Source: Pseudovirgaria hyperparasitica (Eukaryota). Taken from it: a DNA stretch of 64,000 nucleotides. Below are positions 27,189 to 40,598 of the stretch, in pieces. The notes below the pieces were generated by a model. It was not told the origin of the DNA, ran no database searches, and was given only the letters and a program-made list of their open reading frames with translations. The position numbers were made by a program, and so were the translations under genes. The stretch lies in assembly GCA_010093815.1 (NCBI GenBank), contig ML996590.1; one strand, written 5' to 3'. The stretch's first letter is position 1. Every line of letters starts with the position of its first letter.

Positions 27189-30100
27189 ATGATAGGTGTT
27201 ATGGGTAGACGTATTAGGCTAACCTTTAGTTAAGGTAATCCCTTAACTAATAACCTTACCCCTAGCGTCTCTACTAGCATATCTACTACTAGTAATAGTG
27301 CGATAGAAGCTTAAAATAACGACCTAGTAACTCATAGAGAGATACTTAACTTCTTCGTAGCATTTACGCGATAAGGAAGGATAGTACCTCTATCTACCCT
27401 AGCCCCCGAGCGCTTTAAAGAAATAAATATTACGGCCTTCCTTTGGAAGTACGAGGACATATATATAAACTATAAAGTTCCGCCTAATAAGAAGATAATC
27501 TCCCTACCGTTATACTACGAGGACTATCTCCGTCCTACTATTAAAGGAATAAGTAGGTTTTAGAAATAGTAGTAGGCCACGCTACGTAAAGAATTATTAA
27601 AGGAATTCTCTCTATTTAACTCCACCCTTAAGGAAGGCACCATCTACTTTATCCAAAAATACGTGGAAATAGTTAAAGTAGACCCATCCTACTCTCTCCC
27701 TATATACTACTCCCAGTATTATATTATTACAGAGAAACTTACGGCTAAAGGAAGCCTAAGCTCGTATTCGCAAATAGAGCTCTTCCTAGAAGAGCTACCT
27801 AATAGTCTTAAGGCTCGGGCTATAGAGAAATGTTAACTCACGATGGAAGCATATAGTTATAACTAGGTAATTATCTATGGCTTCGTATTACGAAAGGCTA
27901 GAGCACTTAAGGAACTAGCTCGTATTAATAAGTACTTAGCCGCATAAGAGCTAGCCATAGCCATATACTATAAATTAAAGATAGAGAGTAAGAAGACCGG
28001 CTTAGAAGAGTAGTTATATGAAGAAAGAAGAACTAATAAATTTAACCACCCCTCTCTAGTCGCAGTACACGTCGCGCTAGAATTAGATAAGTTTAATAAG
28101 ATAGTAGAGAGATTTAGTAAACTAGACCTCACGTTAATTAAGATAAAGTCCTACTTTACCTCTAATCCCTTATTCCCATCCCTTAAGAAGTATAAACCTA
28201 AGCTACTTTCGGCTATTATTAACTAGTAGGCGCGAAGGCTAAATCTTTTAGTATATCCCTAAGCACGAGGCATGCCTATAGAACTAATACAAGTTTATCC
28301 ATAGAATTATACATAGAATAGAGAATACGTCTCTACCCGAGACTCCTAAGGAGGCGTTATAGCCTAGAATAGACCTTAAAGACCGATCGTATATATCACG
28401 TACGGAGGAGATTACCTAATATATAGATGTCTAGAGATAGTAGGATATATTAGAGATGGATTACTAAATATTAACGGGGTATAAGTATTCTAAGGGCGTT
28501 TCGGGGCGAACAGAGAAGAAATCCTATTACTACCCTCCTTGGTAGGGCTATAAGCTACTCTATAAGCTATCCGGAACTACGTAGCAACGGTTTAAAATAG
28601 CCTAAGCTAGTACGGAGGAGGAGTAAAGGTTTCCACGTCCGTAGTAAATATTAACGCTTTATAGGGGGTGCTAGTATATAGTATTAGTATAAAATCTATA
28701 AAGGGTCTCTACTAGGCCTTGGCGGATAGCGATTCGGAAGAAGAAGTCACGTCGCCCGAGAGTAAGAAAGATAGATATATAGAATTCCACGAACGCTTCG
28801 ACGTGGCTAGTAATAGATATATCCGCGAGGAGATAGCCCTAGAAGAGCCTACTATACTTATAATATCTAGAAGGGGGATTATAAAGAGTACACCTAATTA
28901 TACTAAGGAAAGAAAGATCGCCTATCTCCGCGGAATACGTAAAGGGTAGTATATAAGGATTATTAAGGAATAGGAGGACGGCGAGAAGAGTAGCGACTAG
29001 AGAATATCTAAATAAGAGCTAACGGCGCCGGAGGATAAGATAGATAAAGGGGATAGCCTAAATCCTAGTTAAAAGGCACGTATCTAAGGCGTTAAGCTTA
29101 ATAACTATCTACGCGAAGGATAGTGGCTAAGTATAGAAGCTAGCGAAGCATAGCTAGTGCACGTTCTAGGGACAACCATAAACATTACTATTAGCGAACT
29201 ATTAAGCCTTAATAGTAACTTACGTCGTACGGTATTCAAGAAGGGCGCCCCCGACTTTATAGCTAGAGAGGTCTATAAGACTTAAGAAGAGAGAGCTAAG
29301 AAGAAAGGAAGAAATAACCATACTATGGCTCCCGAGATAAATAAACTTAACGTATTAGTACCCCTCTATACCACGGGGACGGCCATTATATAACGAGATA
29401 TTAATTAGCTTAAGGAAGGGATAGTAAGGCTAGTGGCCGAGTATCCGAGGTACCCCGTAGAAGTTAGTCCTAAAAGGGCGACTAGTATAGTACTATTTAA
29501 TAGTGGCGTATAGATAAATAGCATTCGACTAGATGCTACGAGGCGTCTTAGGCTAGTGATATCTTCGCTTCTACTATATATAAAGAACTCGAGTTTAGTT
29601 AGCGCTACTTAGTATAGTACTCTATTCGTGGGAATAGTATAGTAATACCCTATCCGCATAGGTCGGATTGTTACGGCTACTTCGATATTCGTATATAGCA
29701 AACTTAATTATAACCTTATCCTAGGGGAGCCATATACTAGATAGGCCTTACTTATAGTATAGAGGTTAGCCTCCGGGTAAGTACTCTTAATAGTCTACTC
29801 TATATATAGATAAGAACGTATAATCTTCGAAACTAGTCCGGACGAGTATATTCTAGTCTTAGAGAAGGAGGGTAACTCCGTGGCTAGAGACTAACTATAT
29901 AGTAGAGTATATCGCCGGAAGCCGGAGTTAAGCCGGATTATTAGTTAAGGGCTACCCTTAACTAATAATCCGTACTAAATAGAGTCCGGTAAATCTACTA
30001 ATAAAGGGGATAGGCTATATTTTTATACGGATATAGAAATAAGTTATATAGAGTTGCTTTCCGAGAAAATCCGGCCTAAAAATGTTACTCGGTTATCGAG

Positions 30101-33100
30101 AAAAGATAACTTAGCCGCCCTAGTTACGGTAGTAAGGTACGCTACCTTTATATATAAATAAGGCACGATAATAGAACGGCTTATAGTAGGCTCCACCGGC
30201 CTCTAAAGATAGTATTCATCTAGGGTATTAAAGGGATTTAGTATAGCTACTATATATAAAAGAAAGGGAGTTAAAGTACACCCTATGGATGACTCCGAAG
30301 CCCACCGAAAGGTTCCTAGGAATCTATTAGGGTATCTAGACTAGCGTGAACGAGCAATCGCATAGTAGGTACTTCTTCTAGCTATCTATCTAGGCCTTAA
30401 TACGTTTAATAGGCTAATAGAGCCTTAAAGGGTAACTATCCCGCTAGGAACACGTCTAACGCCTCTATATATAAGTTAGCTAAAGATTAGAATAGAGCTA
30501 CGTCCCGCGGAACTTAAGTTACTATATATAATCTTATTATATCGCGAGGAAGTACTAGTATAGAAATTCTTATACCTTAGTAAATTTAACGAAGAGGTAG
30601 CACCTCCGTAGGAGATCCGAACGGTAGAATATAAGGCATGGTAGGCTAAGAACTTTAATATTTCTAGAGCCCTTTATAGGAAGGTACTTACGATTCTAAA
30701 AGAGCGTCTTAATAGCGGAAGGCTTAAGCCCTATAGTAGTCCTTATTAAAACGCCTATTTTCTTATAGAAAAGAAGAAGGAAGCCAATAAGAAACGAGAT
30801 TATAGGTTAATTAATTCGGCAATAGAAATCAACCGAGTTACTATTCGTAATGCGGCCACGCCGCCCTTATATAAAGAGTTCTTAGAGTACTTTATAGGGA
30901 TAGCCGTCTTAACGTTTACCGACTTCTTCTTAGGATATAATTAGATTCCATTAGTAGAGTATTACTAAGACTTAACGGGGTTTATAACGCCCCTAGAATT
31001 ACTATACGGGATAATATTACCTTAAGGGGCCACTAATTTAGTAGCTTAGTTCGTTAGGATTATATTAACTATTATATAAGAACATATCCCGGAGAGGGCT
31101 CTACTATTCCTAGATAACTTAGGCATTAAAGGACCTACGATAAAATATAACTCTAAGGAGGCCCTGCCTAGAATTTATAGATATATCCTAGAACATTTAA
31201 TTAACGTAGATAAGGTTCTTACGGATATAGAGCGCGCCGGATACGCCCTAAGTAGTAAGAAGACTTAGTAGTATATTAAAGCCGCTAACGTTATAGAATA
31301 CGTCTACGACATTAAAGGGAGACGACTAAGTAATAAAAAGGTTACTACTATTAGGGACTAGAAACCCTATAAAAACACGACGAATATGCGAGCCTTTCTT
31401 AGCGTTTATATATATTTCCGGATATAGATCCCTAGGTACGCTATTATCGCATCGCCGCTATTTATACTATTAAAGAATAAATCGGCCTAGTAGTAGATAG
31501 CTAAGGAGTAGACCTCGATAGACGCGCTAAAGATAGCTCTAACTACTACTCCCGTACTAATAACGTTACGGTATAGGATAGGTACGGGAGATATAATTCT
31601 AGTAGTAGACTCTAGTAACATTAGGTAGGGAGCTACGTTAATATAGAAGAACGAGGATCGTAAACATTAGCTATCGCGGTATAATAGAGGAATATAGTTA
31701 AAAGCTAAGAGAAACTACGATACCGTGAAGCTGGAGTACCGAGCCCTCCTCTACGCGTTATAGAAGTTCTAGTAATACCTCTATAGCACGCACTTTATTA
31801 TAGAAATAGACGCGAATACTCTAGTCGCTTAAATTAACCGTACCGTAACTAACTTACTAGGGGCGCTCGTTACTAGATGGCTTGCGTGGATTTAGCTATA
31901 GAACTTTATAGTTAGGTACGTACCTAGGAAGCGCAACGTAGTTACCGACGGTATCTTATAGATATATAAAGGAGAAGAACCACTAGACGTCCCTACCTTT
32001 AACCTAGACGAGTTCGTGGACATGGCTCTATATATAGATATACTAGAGACGTCGTTAATTAAGCCCGTTAGCGGGAGAGATTACACGATAGAGATACTCG
32101 ACTATACCGCCATTAAGTCTCCCTTAATAGATAAATATAGCGATAAATAGTAGAGGATTACGAAGTACCTTACTATACTTAAGAGGCTAACTAACCTAAC
32201 CGACCGAGCGTATAAGGCCTTTATAACCGACTACCTAAAGTTCCTTATATATAACCGAATACTCTAGCGGAGAGAAGATAGGTATCGCCAATATACACGA
32301 GTAATTAAGAATCCGAATACTAGGGCGCGTATAATTACCGCCACTTACGATAAGATAGATTATAGAGGTAGCAAAGGGACCCTCGGAAGGATTAAGAATA
32401 AGTATTAGTAGATAGATATACATAGAGACGTGCGATAGTACGTGAAAACCTATAATAAATATTAACGACGAAGTAAACTCCTCGGAGGTCTTAATAAAGG
32501 GCTCTACCACGTTATAACGCCTATTCTTTAGTAAAGAATATACTTAGACGTAACGACGCTACTACCTTCTATAGGGTATAGTAAAGTAGTATCTATACGA
32601 GAATAGCTAAGCGGATAGACTAAGGCGGAGGCATATACGGCGGCCACGTCCATAGTTATCGTAAAGTTCCTCTTTAAGAACGTAATCTATAGATACAGAA
32701 TCATTCCTAAAATCACCTATAATAGTAGTAGAGAAAATATAGGTACTATAGAGGAGCTCCTCTAACTCTATAGAATTTATTAGAAGGTTACGTCTACGTA
32801 TAATCCCTAAGTAAATAGAATTATTAAGAGAAGTTTTATACTACTCGCTAATACTCTCGCGAAGATAACTAATAGCGGATTTAAGAACTAGCCCGGCCAC
32901 CTCTATACGGTTATCTAGGTAGATAGAATAACGACACGTGCTAGTATAGGGTATAGTACCATATACCTCGTGCTCGGCCATAAACCAATCATGCCTATCG
33001 AAGTCGAATTCGAGTCGCTCCGAATGCTCCCTTAGGACGAGATACGATTGACGTCCGACTTACTCGCTCTTTAAGCTAGATAACTTAAGAGAAGATCCGA

Positions 33101-33600
33101 GGATCTTAAGGAGGCCTATATCTACGCGACACGAACGCGTAAGGAATCGAGAGAGGCATAGAATAATAACTATTACCTTCGTTAAGAGTCGTTACTAGTT
33201 AACACGATTATCCTTCTATACAACTCGTAGTAATAGAAGAATATAGAGCGGAAGCTAAGGTAGTATTAGAGGGGACCATATAGAATCTAGTCCGTGTTTA
33301 ATTATACTTATAAGCTTATAGAGCTTAATAGAGCCATACTTAGAGGGACGTTTCCTAGCTATAGGTTAAAGAAATATTTTATAAGAAATATAAGTAATAA
33401 GAGTTACGACAAGCCCTCGCGACCACTAATTAGAAGAATTACCGAGAAAAATAAGGAGAGTAGTAATAAGGAAAACTATTATAAATAACTCACGGAATAC
33501 CTTAACGACGCCATACGAACCCGGGTGGAAGTAGTAATTCCTACTCCGTAAGACTTTAATAGAGAAGAATATTTACGTTTCCCTAGAATCGACATCTTCT
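27189..33600 (+). pseudogene. RIPed gag-pol polyprotein of element B
   Basis: Frame +3 motifs: CCHC-like knuckle ~28392; protease LF(D)SG 29493; RT FTDFF.GY, LP(Q)GATN and FLD(D) 31107; RNase H VVDSS ~31600; integrase (H)LDV, T(CD)..REN and YNP(Q).N.II(E)R 32540-32830. Ends approximate. Confidence 0.88.
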
Positions 33601-34283
33601 TCTAGAGGATAGAAGTTTTTTTAAGGAGGGAAGGGATACTTATAAAAGTAGTCTCATGACGATGAACTCCATTATCGAAAAAGAACGATAAACTCTATCA
33701 TCGAAAGAGGATAATAAACCCTATTATTACTATAAAATGATAAAACTTATTATTAAAGTAAGTAATGCTCGAAAGAAGACATAATGGCGTTTACGCGAAT
33801 TCCACCTACTATATATTAAAGCCGGTCGTGTAATCGAAGCCTACCTATTAAAGGCCTATTTCGTTACTATAGAACGGGCCCCGTTAGAAACTAATAAGGA
33901 AGAAAAGAAGGAGGAGGTATAGAAGAAAAAGATACTTATAGGAAGTCTTATAAGGATAAGAATATACCCAGTATCTATTTATTTATAGATTCCGCTATAT
34001 ACCCGGTAGATATATTTATTCATAGATTTCCTATATACCTAGTATATATTCATTCATAGATTCGACACGTATACGGGCCTACGGCCGTTAGTAAGGATCA
34101 TTTATAAAAATTACTATATACCCGGTATTCGAGGAGGCATAAAAGAGAACTTAAGATAGTATATAACTCTTCCCTCTTATATCTCTCTATACCTTCTTAA
34201 TTAATAAAACCTCCTCCTCTACTTCCGCCTCGCTTAACTATCTCTCCTTAGAACGTAACTCGCCGATAGAACCGATAATAATA

Positions 34284-37211
34284 ATAGCCCCGCCGAAAAA
34301 GAAAACGCCTATCTATAAAGAGTTATAAGATCGTTAAGCACTAATAAGATAGATACGGTCCTAGTTAAGAGTCATAAGTACTAAAGTAGGGCTATCGACG
34401 GCTATTATGGTATCGAGGCTATCTACTACTCCGTATAGATAGGCTATAGAAGCTACGGAAGTAAATAAGTCTACTATTAACCGAATTATCGCTATCTAGG
34501 ACCCGCAAGAGCGATGGGACTATATTCTAGACACGTTTAATAATCTCCTTTATATTACTAGCCTTATAGAATAGCTCTTAAGTAGTATAGTTAACCTCTT
34601 CTAGGAAGTAGGAGCTGTAATAGAGTATAGTAAGGCAAAGATTAACTCCTCTATTCCGAAAGAAGTCCACGAGATAATTCGTCGTGGAAGAGATACTAAC
34701 TCCTGCATCCTAAAAGCTAAAAATGCGATCCTATAAAACTAGCGAAAAGACCTCCCTAATAATAACGGCTAGTTACTCTAATCCGCCCTCCGACAGCTCT
34801 AGTAAATATAGAACTTTATAGAAAAGCTAGTAGCGCTCTTACGAATGCGGACATGGGCGAGAGTAAGGAACTAGTTAAACGTATCTCTATAGTCCTAAAT
34901 CGGCTAGGGATAGAAGGGAAGGAGAATTAAGGTATATCTTTAGAGCTCTAATATTAATGCCGCCCTAGCTAGCAATAGTAACGAGGACGGTCTATCTCTC
35001 TAGTAACTCTCGAACTACCCTAGCCGATAAAATAAACTAACATTCTATAATAAGACGGGACTTATTATCCCCGCTAGTTAATAGTTATAGATAAGTAGAA
35101 TAGTTCATAGGCCCGTCGAACACTACCTATAAATCAAAGAGATAAGTACATCGCCTCCGCCTTAGACCTTACCATCGCTAAAACTAGCGTAGGTAACGCC
35201 CGCGGTAAAGTCCCCTCCATAAAGCACGCCTTCTAGTTTAGTAGCACGTCGTCTCTTTAAAGCTAGTTATCCGTTTAAAGTAAGTATTTCTTCTAGTACT
35301 ACTAGTATACGTCCCTTACTAGGCCATGCGAGAACCTCTTTAGTACCTATTACGGCCACGCCGATAAAACCCACTTATAGACGTGCCTTATCTACCGGCC
35401 CTTAGTAATTACTAGGGGCGCCTACACGATAATCCCCGGTTATTCTTAGTTCGTACCCTAAGATAATAGTATCGGTCGAGGAAGAGGACGAGCCTAAGAA
35501 GTATTAATACGCGCCTTTAGTAATAAAGACTTTTAAGGTAGCTATATTATTAAAGAAGAATTTCACGAGCATTAAGGGAATAGCCCTACTAGTGCGCTAG
35601 AAAGCGTAGATAGATAACATGGCTATTCCGTATAAAGTCTACTACAAGCATTACTAAGACGTGGCTAGAAAGAATAATATACTCGTTAGCGTGTCCTACT
35701 TAAACCTAGTAGTAAGACTTAAAATAGTATATAAGTTTAGAGATAACGTAGGGGCCCTTAAAGTTTATAAGGACCGCTATATCTAGTTCGCGAAGTACGC
35801 GCGGCCACCTTATCTAATAGAGGCATTAGGTATCTATCGTTACTAGGCCCTAGAGACCCCGAAGTAAGTTATTAATATTAAAACCATCCTTACTAGCATC
35901 GCATTTATGATTTAGAAGGAGGATAGTAGGATAGGTAGGTAACTCTTCGACGAGTGGGAACGTACTAGAAGTATTAATATTAAAGGGCTCTTCGAGCCAC
36001 TTAAAAAGACGACCTCTATACTTAATAAGAGTATCCTAGAACTCGCGAGGGATGAATTTAATATATATAAGTACCACCAGCGCATGTTTAATAAGAAATC
36101 GAACTACGGCTAGCTACGAACTATATACTACTCCTACATCTAATAGTTTATTAGGTAATATCTACTTTACTAGCTTACCTATATCGCTCTTTAGCCCGAT
36201 CTTAACTACTATCTAATCTCGTACCCGTACTATACGAAGTCCTAGGATAGAGGCGATAAGACGGGTTTCAAGCATCTCGATAACGCCATTAATCGAATCC
36301 TCGATCCTAGTAATAGACACGGGTTTAATATAATCTAGGGGAGCATTAGTCTCGACGACGAACGAAGTAACGACTATACTATAATCGTTCCCCGCTCCTA
36401 TAAGTTCTTAAACGAATAGTAGTCGAAGGCTAAGCTCCGCGAGAGGGTTAATCGAAATAGTATAATCACGGCTATTAACGATAAGATCTATAATACAGAC
36501 GATAAGAAACGATTTAGTCCCTTCGTCCCGGTCCCCTACTAGTCCCTTAAAGTATATATCTCTAGTCTACTAATAATACATAGCGCCTAGGGTCCCGTAA
36601 AGGGTAGAAGACGTATAATGCTTCCATGGTATATCGCGATTGGCCCTAATTATATAATAATAGAAGTATCTAAAATAGGCACATAGGAATAACTCGTAGT
36701 AGCTCATAGGAATTTAACTCCGGGACCTACGTCTCCGTCGGGATTTTCTAATAAATATAGTACGATTTCTTTTACCTTCCTAGCCGTAGTTCAACTCCCG
36801 AGTTTTAACGCCGTTAGTAATATATTAGTCGGCTGTAAAAGATAGGATAGCTAGAAGGTAAAAGAAGAAGTAGCTACGTAGCTTAACGTAAGTCCTTAAT
36901 AACTTAAAGCTAAGGTAGACACCTAGTTTAAGGAGGGCTCGAGGGTATTTATAGAGACCTTTAAGAAAATAGTAAGGTAGGAAAGGCTAGTCTATAGGGA
37001 TAGGTCGTTCTAGAAGGAATTTAACGAGGCGCGCGCCGCTAAGCGGCTAATTAATTTTAAGAAATTCGAGCCCAACGCGGGCCTAGATAACATTAAAGAG
37101 AACTTCTACAGATAAAAGAGGCCTAACAAACTATCCGACAAGGAGGAATCTAACCTCTCTAAGATAAGCGACACGATTCTTTAGGAGCTGGCTCGCGACC
37201 TTAAGTACTAA
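34284..37211 (+). pseudogene. Extra ORF of element B: ~975 codons with a C-terminal 2OG-Fe(II) dioxygenase-like (PhyH-type) region, RIPed
   Basis: Frame +3 at start, motifs and end. (M)APPKKKTP start at 34284 (ATG->ATA). TGFKHLD with His at 36273, then I(Q)GSISLDDE..D(C)TIIVP..(H)K, then PVP(C)..., H at 36579 followed by GP..GRRR.MLPWY. Stops I read are TAA/TAG, the RIP products of Gln/Trp codons. Confidence 0.72.
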
Positions 37212-38790
37212 GATTAGGCGCCTAAAAACCTGCCTAATTATTAGTTAAGGGCTACCCTTAACTAATAATCCGGGCTAAGGTTTACCCGCACCGAGAGGTT
37301 TACTAGAGGTGCACTTTATTTATATTAAGGTCTTTCTTTTAGGCGTTCTTTACACGGTTTCTTACACGGTTACTATACTACTAAGGGTAGTAGTTCTATA
37401 GGCCGGGGAGGTATATGTGGAAGGCCGCTCCTATAGCCCTACATGTATATGTCCCTAGCTCGATTACATGGCTTCATTATATATTTAAGGAGGGCGTTTT
37501 CCTTGGTCATTCTACTCGGGACGCTCCCCCCCATTACTAATATTCGACTATTTAACCTTTCCTTACGTTCATAGGCCTCTATAGGTATTAATTATTAGGC
37601 TTAGCTATTAAAGAATTGATTAAGAGTATTATATAGACCCGTCCTATTATAAAAGAGAACTAATAAGAAGTCGTACGTTCAAAGAGAACTTATAATACCT
37701 AGGAGAGATACTTGTGAGTTCGTCGCGACTACTATACTAGGAACACAGCCATTTATAAAAGGGACACACGTAGCGATAGCTCACCACACTATTACTAGCT
37801 ATATTAAAGTACTTATAGAATTCTATATATCTATTCTTCTTACCTCTAGATAATATAATTTCTTCTTCTAAGTTACTATCTACTAAAGCTTTATAATAGT
37901 CTATTACTATTTTAGTACTAATACTATATACTAGTATTCTCTATAATATATTAATATTTACTCTAGATATAGAGATCTTTACTCTCTCTCTATACTAACT
38001 AGAGCTATTCTAGACTATTATTATATAGTTCTAAATTACTTATAGAGTAGCTTAAGGGCCGGCTAAGAAAGGTAGTAATAGAATTTTCTTATTATTTATT
38101 CTAAAGCGCTCTCTAAATATCTATACTCTATTAATATTTAGTAGTCTATTCTTAATATATTCTACTATCTCTAGGTATCTATATATAGAGTAATCTTCTC
38201 TATATATAATATAAATAATTAGTCTCTAAAGTCTATTTAAAGCTATAGCTAGTTTCTAGGCGCCTAGAGTAGAGATATACTCTCTCTTCTAGATATAGCT
38301 TTATAGATAGATCTATACTAATTCTATAGATATAACTTATACTTAAGAATATACTAAAATATTAAGTCTCTATATCTATTAGTTAATAATAGCTAAAAGT
38401 AATTTAGACTTATACTTTCTAAAAGATAGAAATATAGAATTAGAAGTAAAATAAGACTTTATCTTAATTAATATAAGGTCTAATTTACTAAACCTTTCTA
38501 CTATCTTATTAAACTTATCTAATTCTAGTATAATATAGATCTTAACTATAGAGAAGTTACTAAATTTATTTATCTACTATTCTTTATATAACTATGCTTC
38601 TAAATTAGTCTTCTTTCTTTCTATTTTTAACTTTTAGTATATAGCTATAGCTAGCTCTTATATAGTAGAGTACTTATTAATTTAGACTAGTTTCTTAATT
38701 ACCCTAGCTTTTTATAATATAAAACTATAGTTAGTTATCTAGTTATAGCTATATATATCTATTAGGCTAGGTAGTATAGTAGTAGTATAC

Positions 38791-39163
38791 TATGGAAGGC
38801 CGCTCCTGTAGCCCTACATGTATGTGTCCCTGGCTCGATCACATGGCTTCATTGTATATTTAAGGAGGGCGTTTTCCTTGGTCATTCTACTCGGCGCGCT
38901 CCCCCCCATTACTAATATTCAACTATTCGACCTTTTCTTACGTTCATGGGCCTCTATAGGTATTAATTATTAGGCTTAGCTATTAAAGAATTAATTAAGA
39001 GTATTGTATAGACCCGTCCTATCGTAAAAGAGAACTAATAAGAAGTCGTGCGTTTAAAGAGAACTCATAATACCTAGGAGAGATACTTGTGAGTTCGTCG
39101 CGACTACTATACTAGGAACACAGCCATTTATAAAAGGGATACACGTAGCGATAGCTCACCACA
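38791..39163 (+). mobile_element. Solo LTR of family B
   Basis: 373-bp match to the B LTRs with 4-bp TSD ATAC; the empty site is visible in SINE copy 2 (~44260-44280). Confidence 0.93.
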
Positions 39164-40020
39164 ATACTACGTTACTAGAAGCGTTTATTATCTAATATTA
39201 TAGATTTAAATTCTATAATAGCTACCTTTTTACACGCTAGTTTTCGTATACTCTACTAAGGTATATAGGGTTAAGCGAGTATGTAATATAAAGGTTACTA
39301 TTATATAATTACTTAGTTCTAAGCGATAGTTAGATAATATAGTAGTATTATATAATAAAGTTATCTAACTTAGCTATCTATCTACGCTACCTTAAGTAGT
39401 AGAGCTAAGCCTAGAGTAGCTAGACCTAAAAAATCCTACTTAGCTTAAATTATAGAATATATATATAGAGCCTTATCTATCTCTATAGAGTCTTATCTAC
39501 TCTAATCCGGCTTAGCTTATACTTACTCTAGCTTAGTAACTATGAAATAGATAGTAATATCTAATTAAGTATCCCGCCTACTAATAGATAATTATATAGC
39601 CCTAATAAATAATTTCTAAATTTAGTCTAGCTAGGGTTAGTACTAAGGCACGGACCTATTAGATATATAGCCTCTCTAGTATTAGTTATCTTAATTAATA
39701 ACTAATATCTAGTATAAAGCTATATTTCTATAGATAGAAAAAAACCTAGTAGTATAGAAATAATAGACTAGGCCTAGTCTAGTAATCTATCTAATTATAG
39801 GAGAGGTAATACTTACTATAGTTAGTTAGAGTATTATTAAAAGCTAGTACTAATATAGTAATAAAAAGCCTAATTTTAAAGAATAAGAAGTAAGTTTATT
39901 ACCTAATAGAATTTAAGGACTTAGACTAGACTAGGTTAGATTAGTAATAGGGTCTAGTTAGAGAGCTAATTATAGAAGGTTTTCTTATATATATAGTAGT
40001 CTAGACTAGAGAAGGCCTAT

Positions 40021-40598
40021 TGTTAGGCACGTGTCTACCAGTTGATTATACATGTATATAGTAGTTATATATAAGTAGTATACTCCACCCTTAAAGTAGT
40101 AGCTTCAAGATTCAGTCCTTTTAGTGTAGTTGGTTAGTGCGTAGAGCCCGCCTCCTTATATAATCTTAAAGCTACTACGGGGTCACGGGTTTAACTCTTA
40201 GTCTAATTAACCGTTATTAAATTTCGCACGATTTCGTTTAGCTTACTATATTATATATACTTTATACACGTGACGGATGATATAGTAGTAACATTACTAC
40301 GGTAAGTTAGCGTGTCTAGTACTAGAGGCGGTATTACGAGTATTGGTTGTATGTATATATCGTTTATACTAGGCCCGTTACGGCTAGTTTAGTTTATCTT
40401 TCGTAAGGTAGTATACCTATACCGCGTAAGGACACGCGCCTTCAAAAAGGGGAGATATTATTAGGCACGTGCCTACTAGTTAATTATACATGTGTGTAGT
40501 AGTCGTATATAAGTAGTGTGCTCTACCCTTGAAGTAGTAGCTTTAAGATTCGGTCCTTTTAGTATAGTTGGTTAGTGCGTGGAGCCCGCCTCCTTACA
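40021..40598 (+). mobile_element. TRIM-like element, copy 2
   Basis: 140-bp LTRs 40021-40160 and 40459-40598, TSD CCTAT, PPT AAAAAGGGGAGATA. The empty site is present in SINE copy 2 (~57770-57785). Confidence 0.92.

Larger units (their letters stand above)
26349..37788 (+). mobile_element. Full-length Ty3/gypsy element, family B (11.4 kb), with an extra 3' ORF
   Basis: 373-bp LTRs 26349-26721 and 37416-37788; 4-bp TSD CTAT; PPT GGCCGGGGAGG before the 3' LTR; tRNA-complementary PBS after the 5' LTR; gag-pol motifs in frame +3. Confidence 0.95.
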
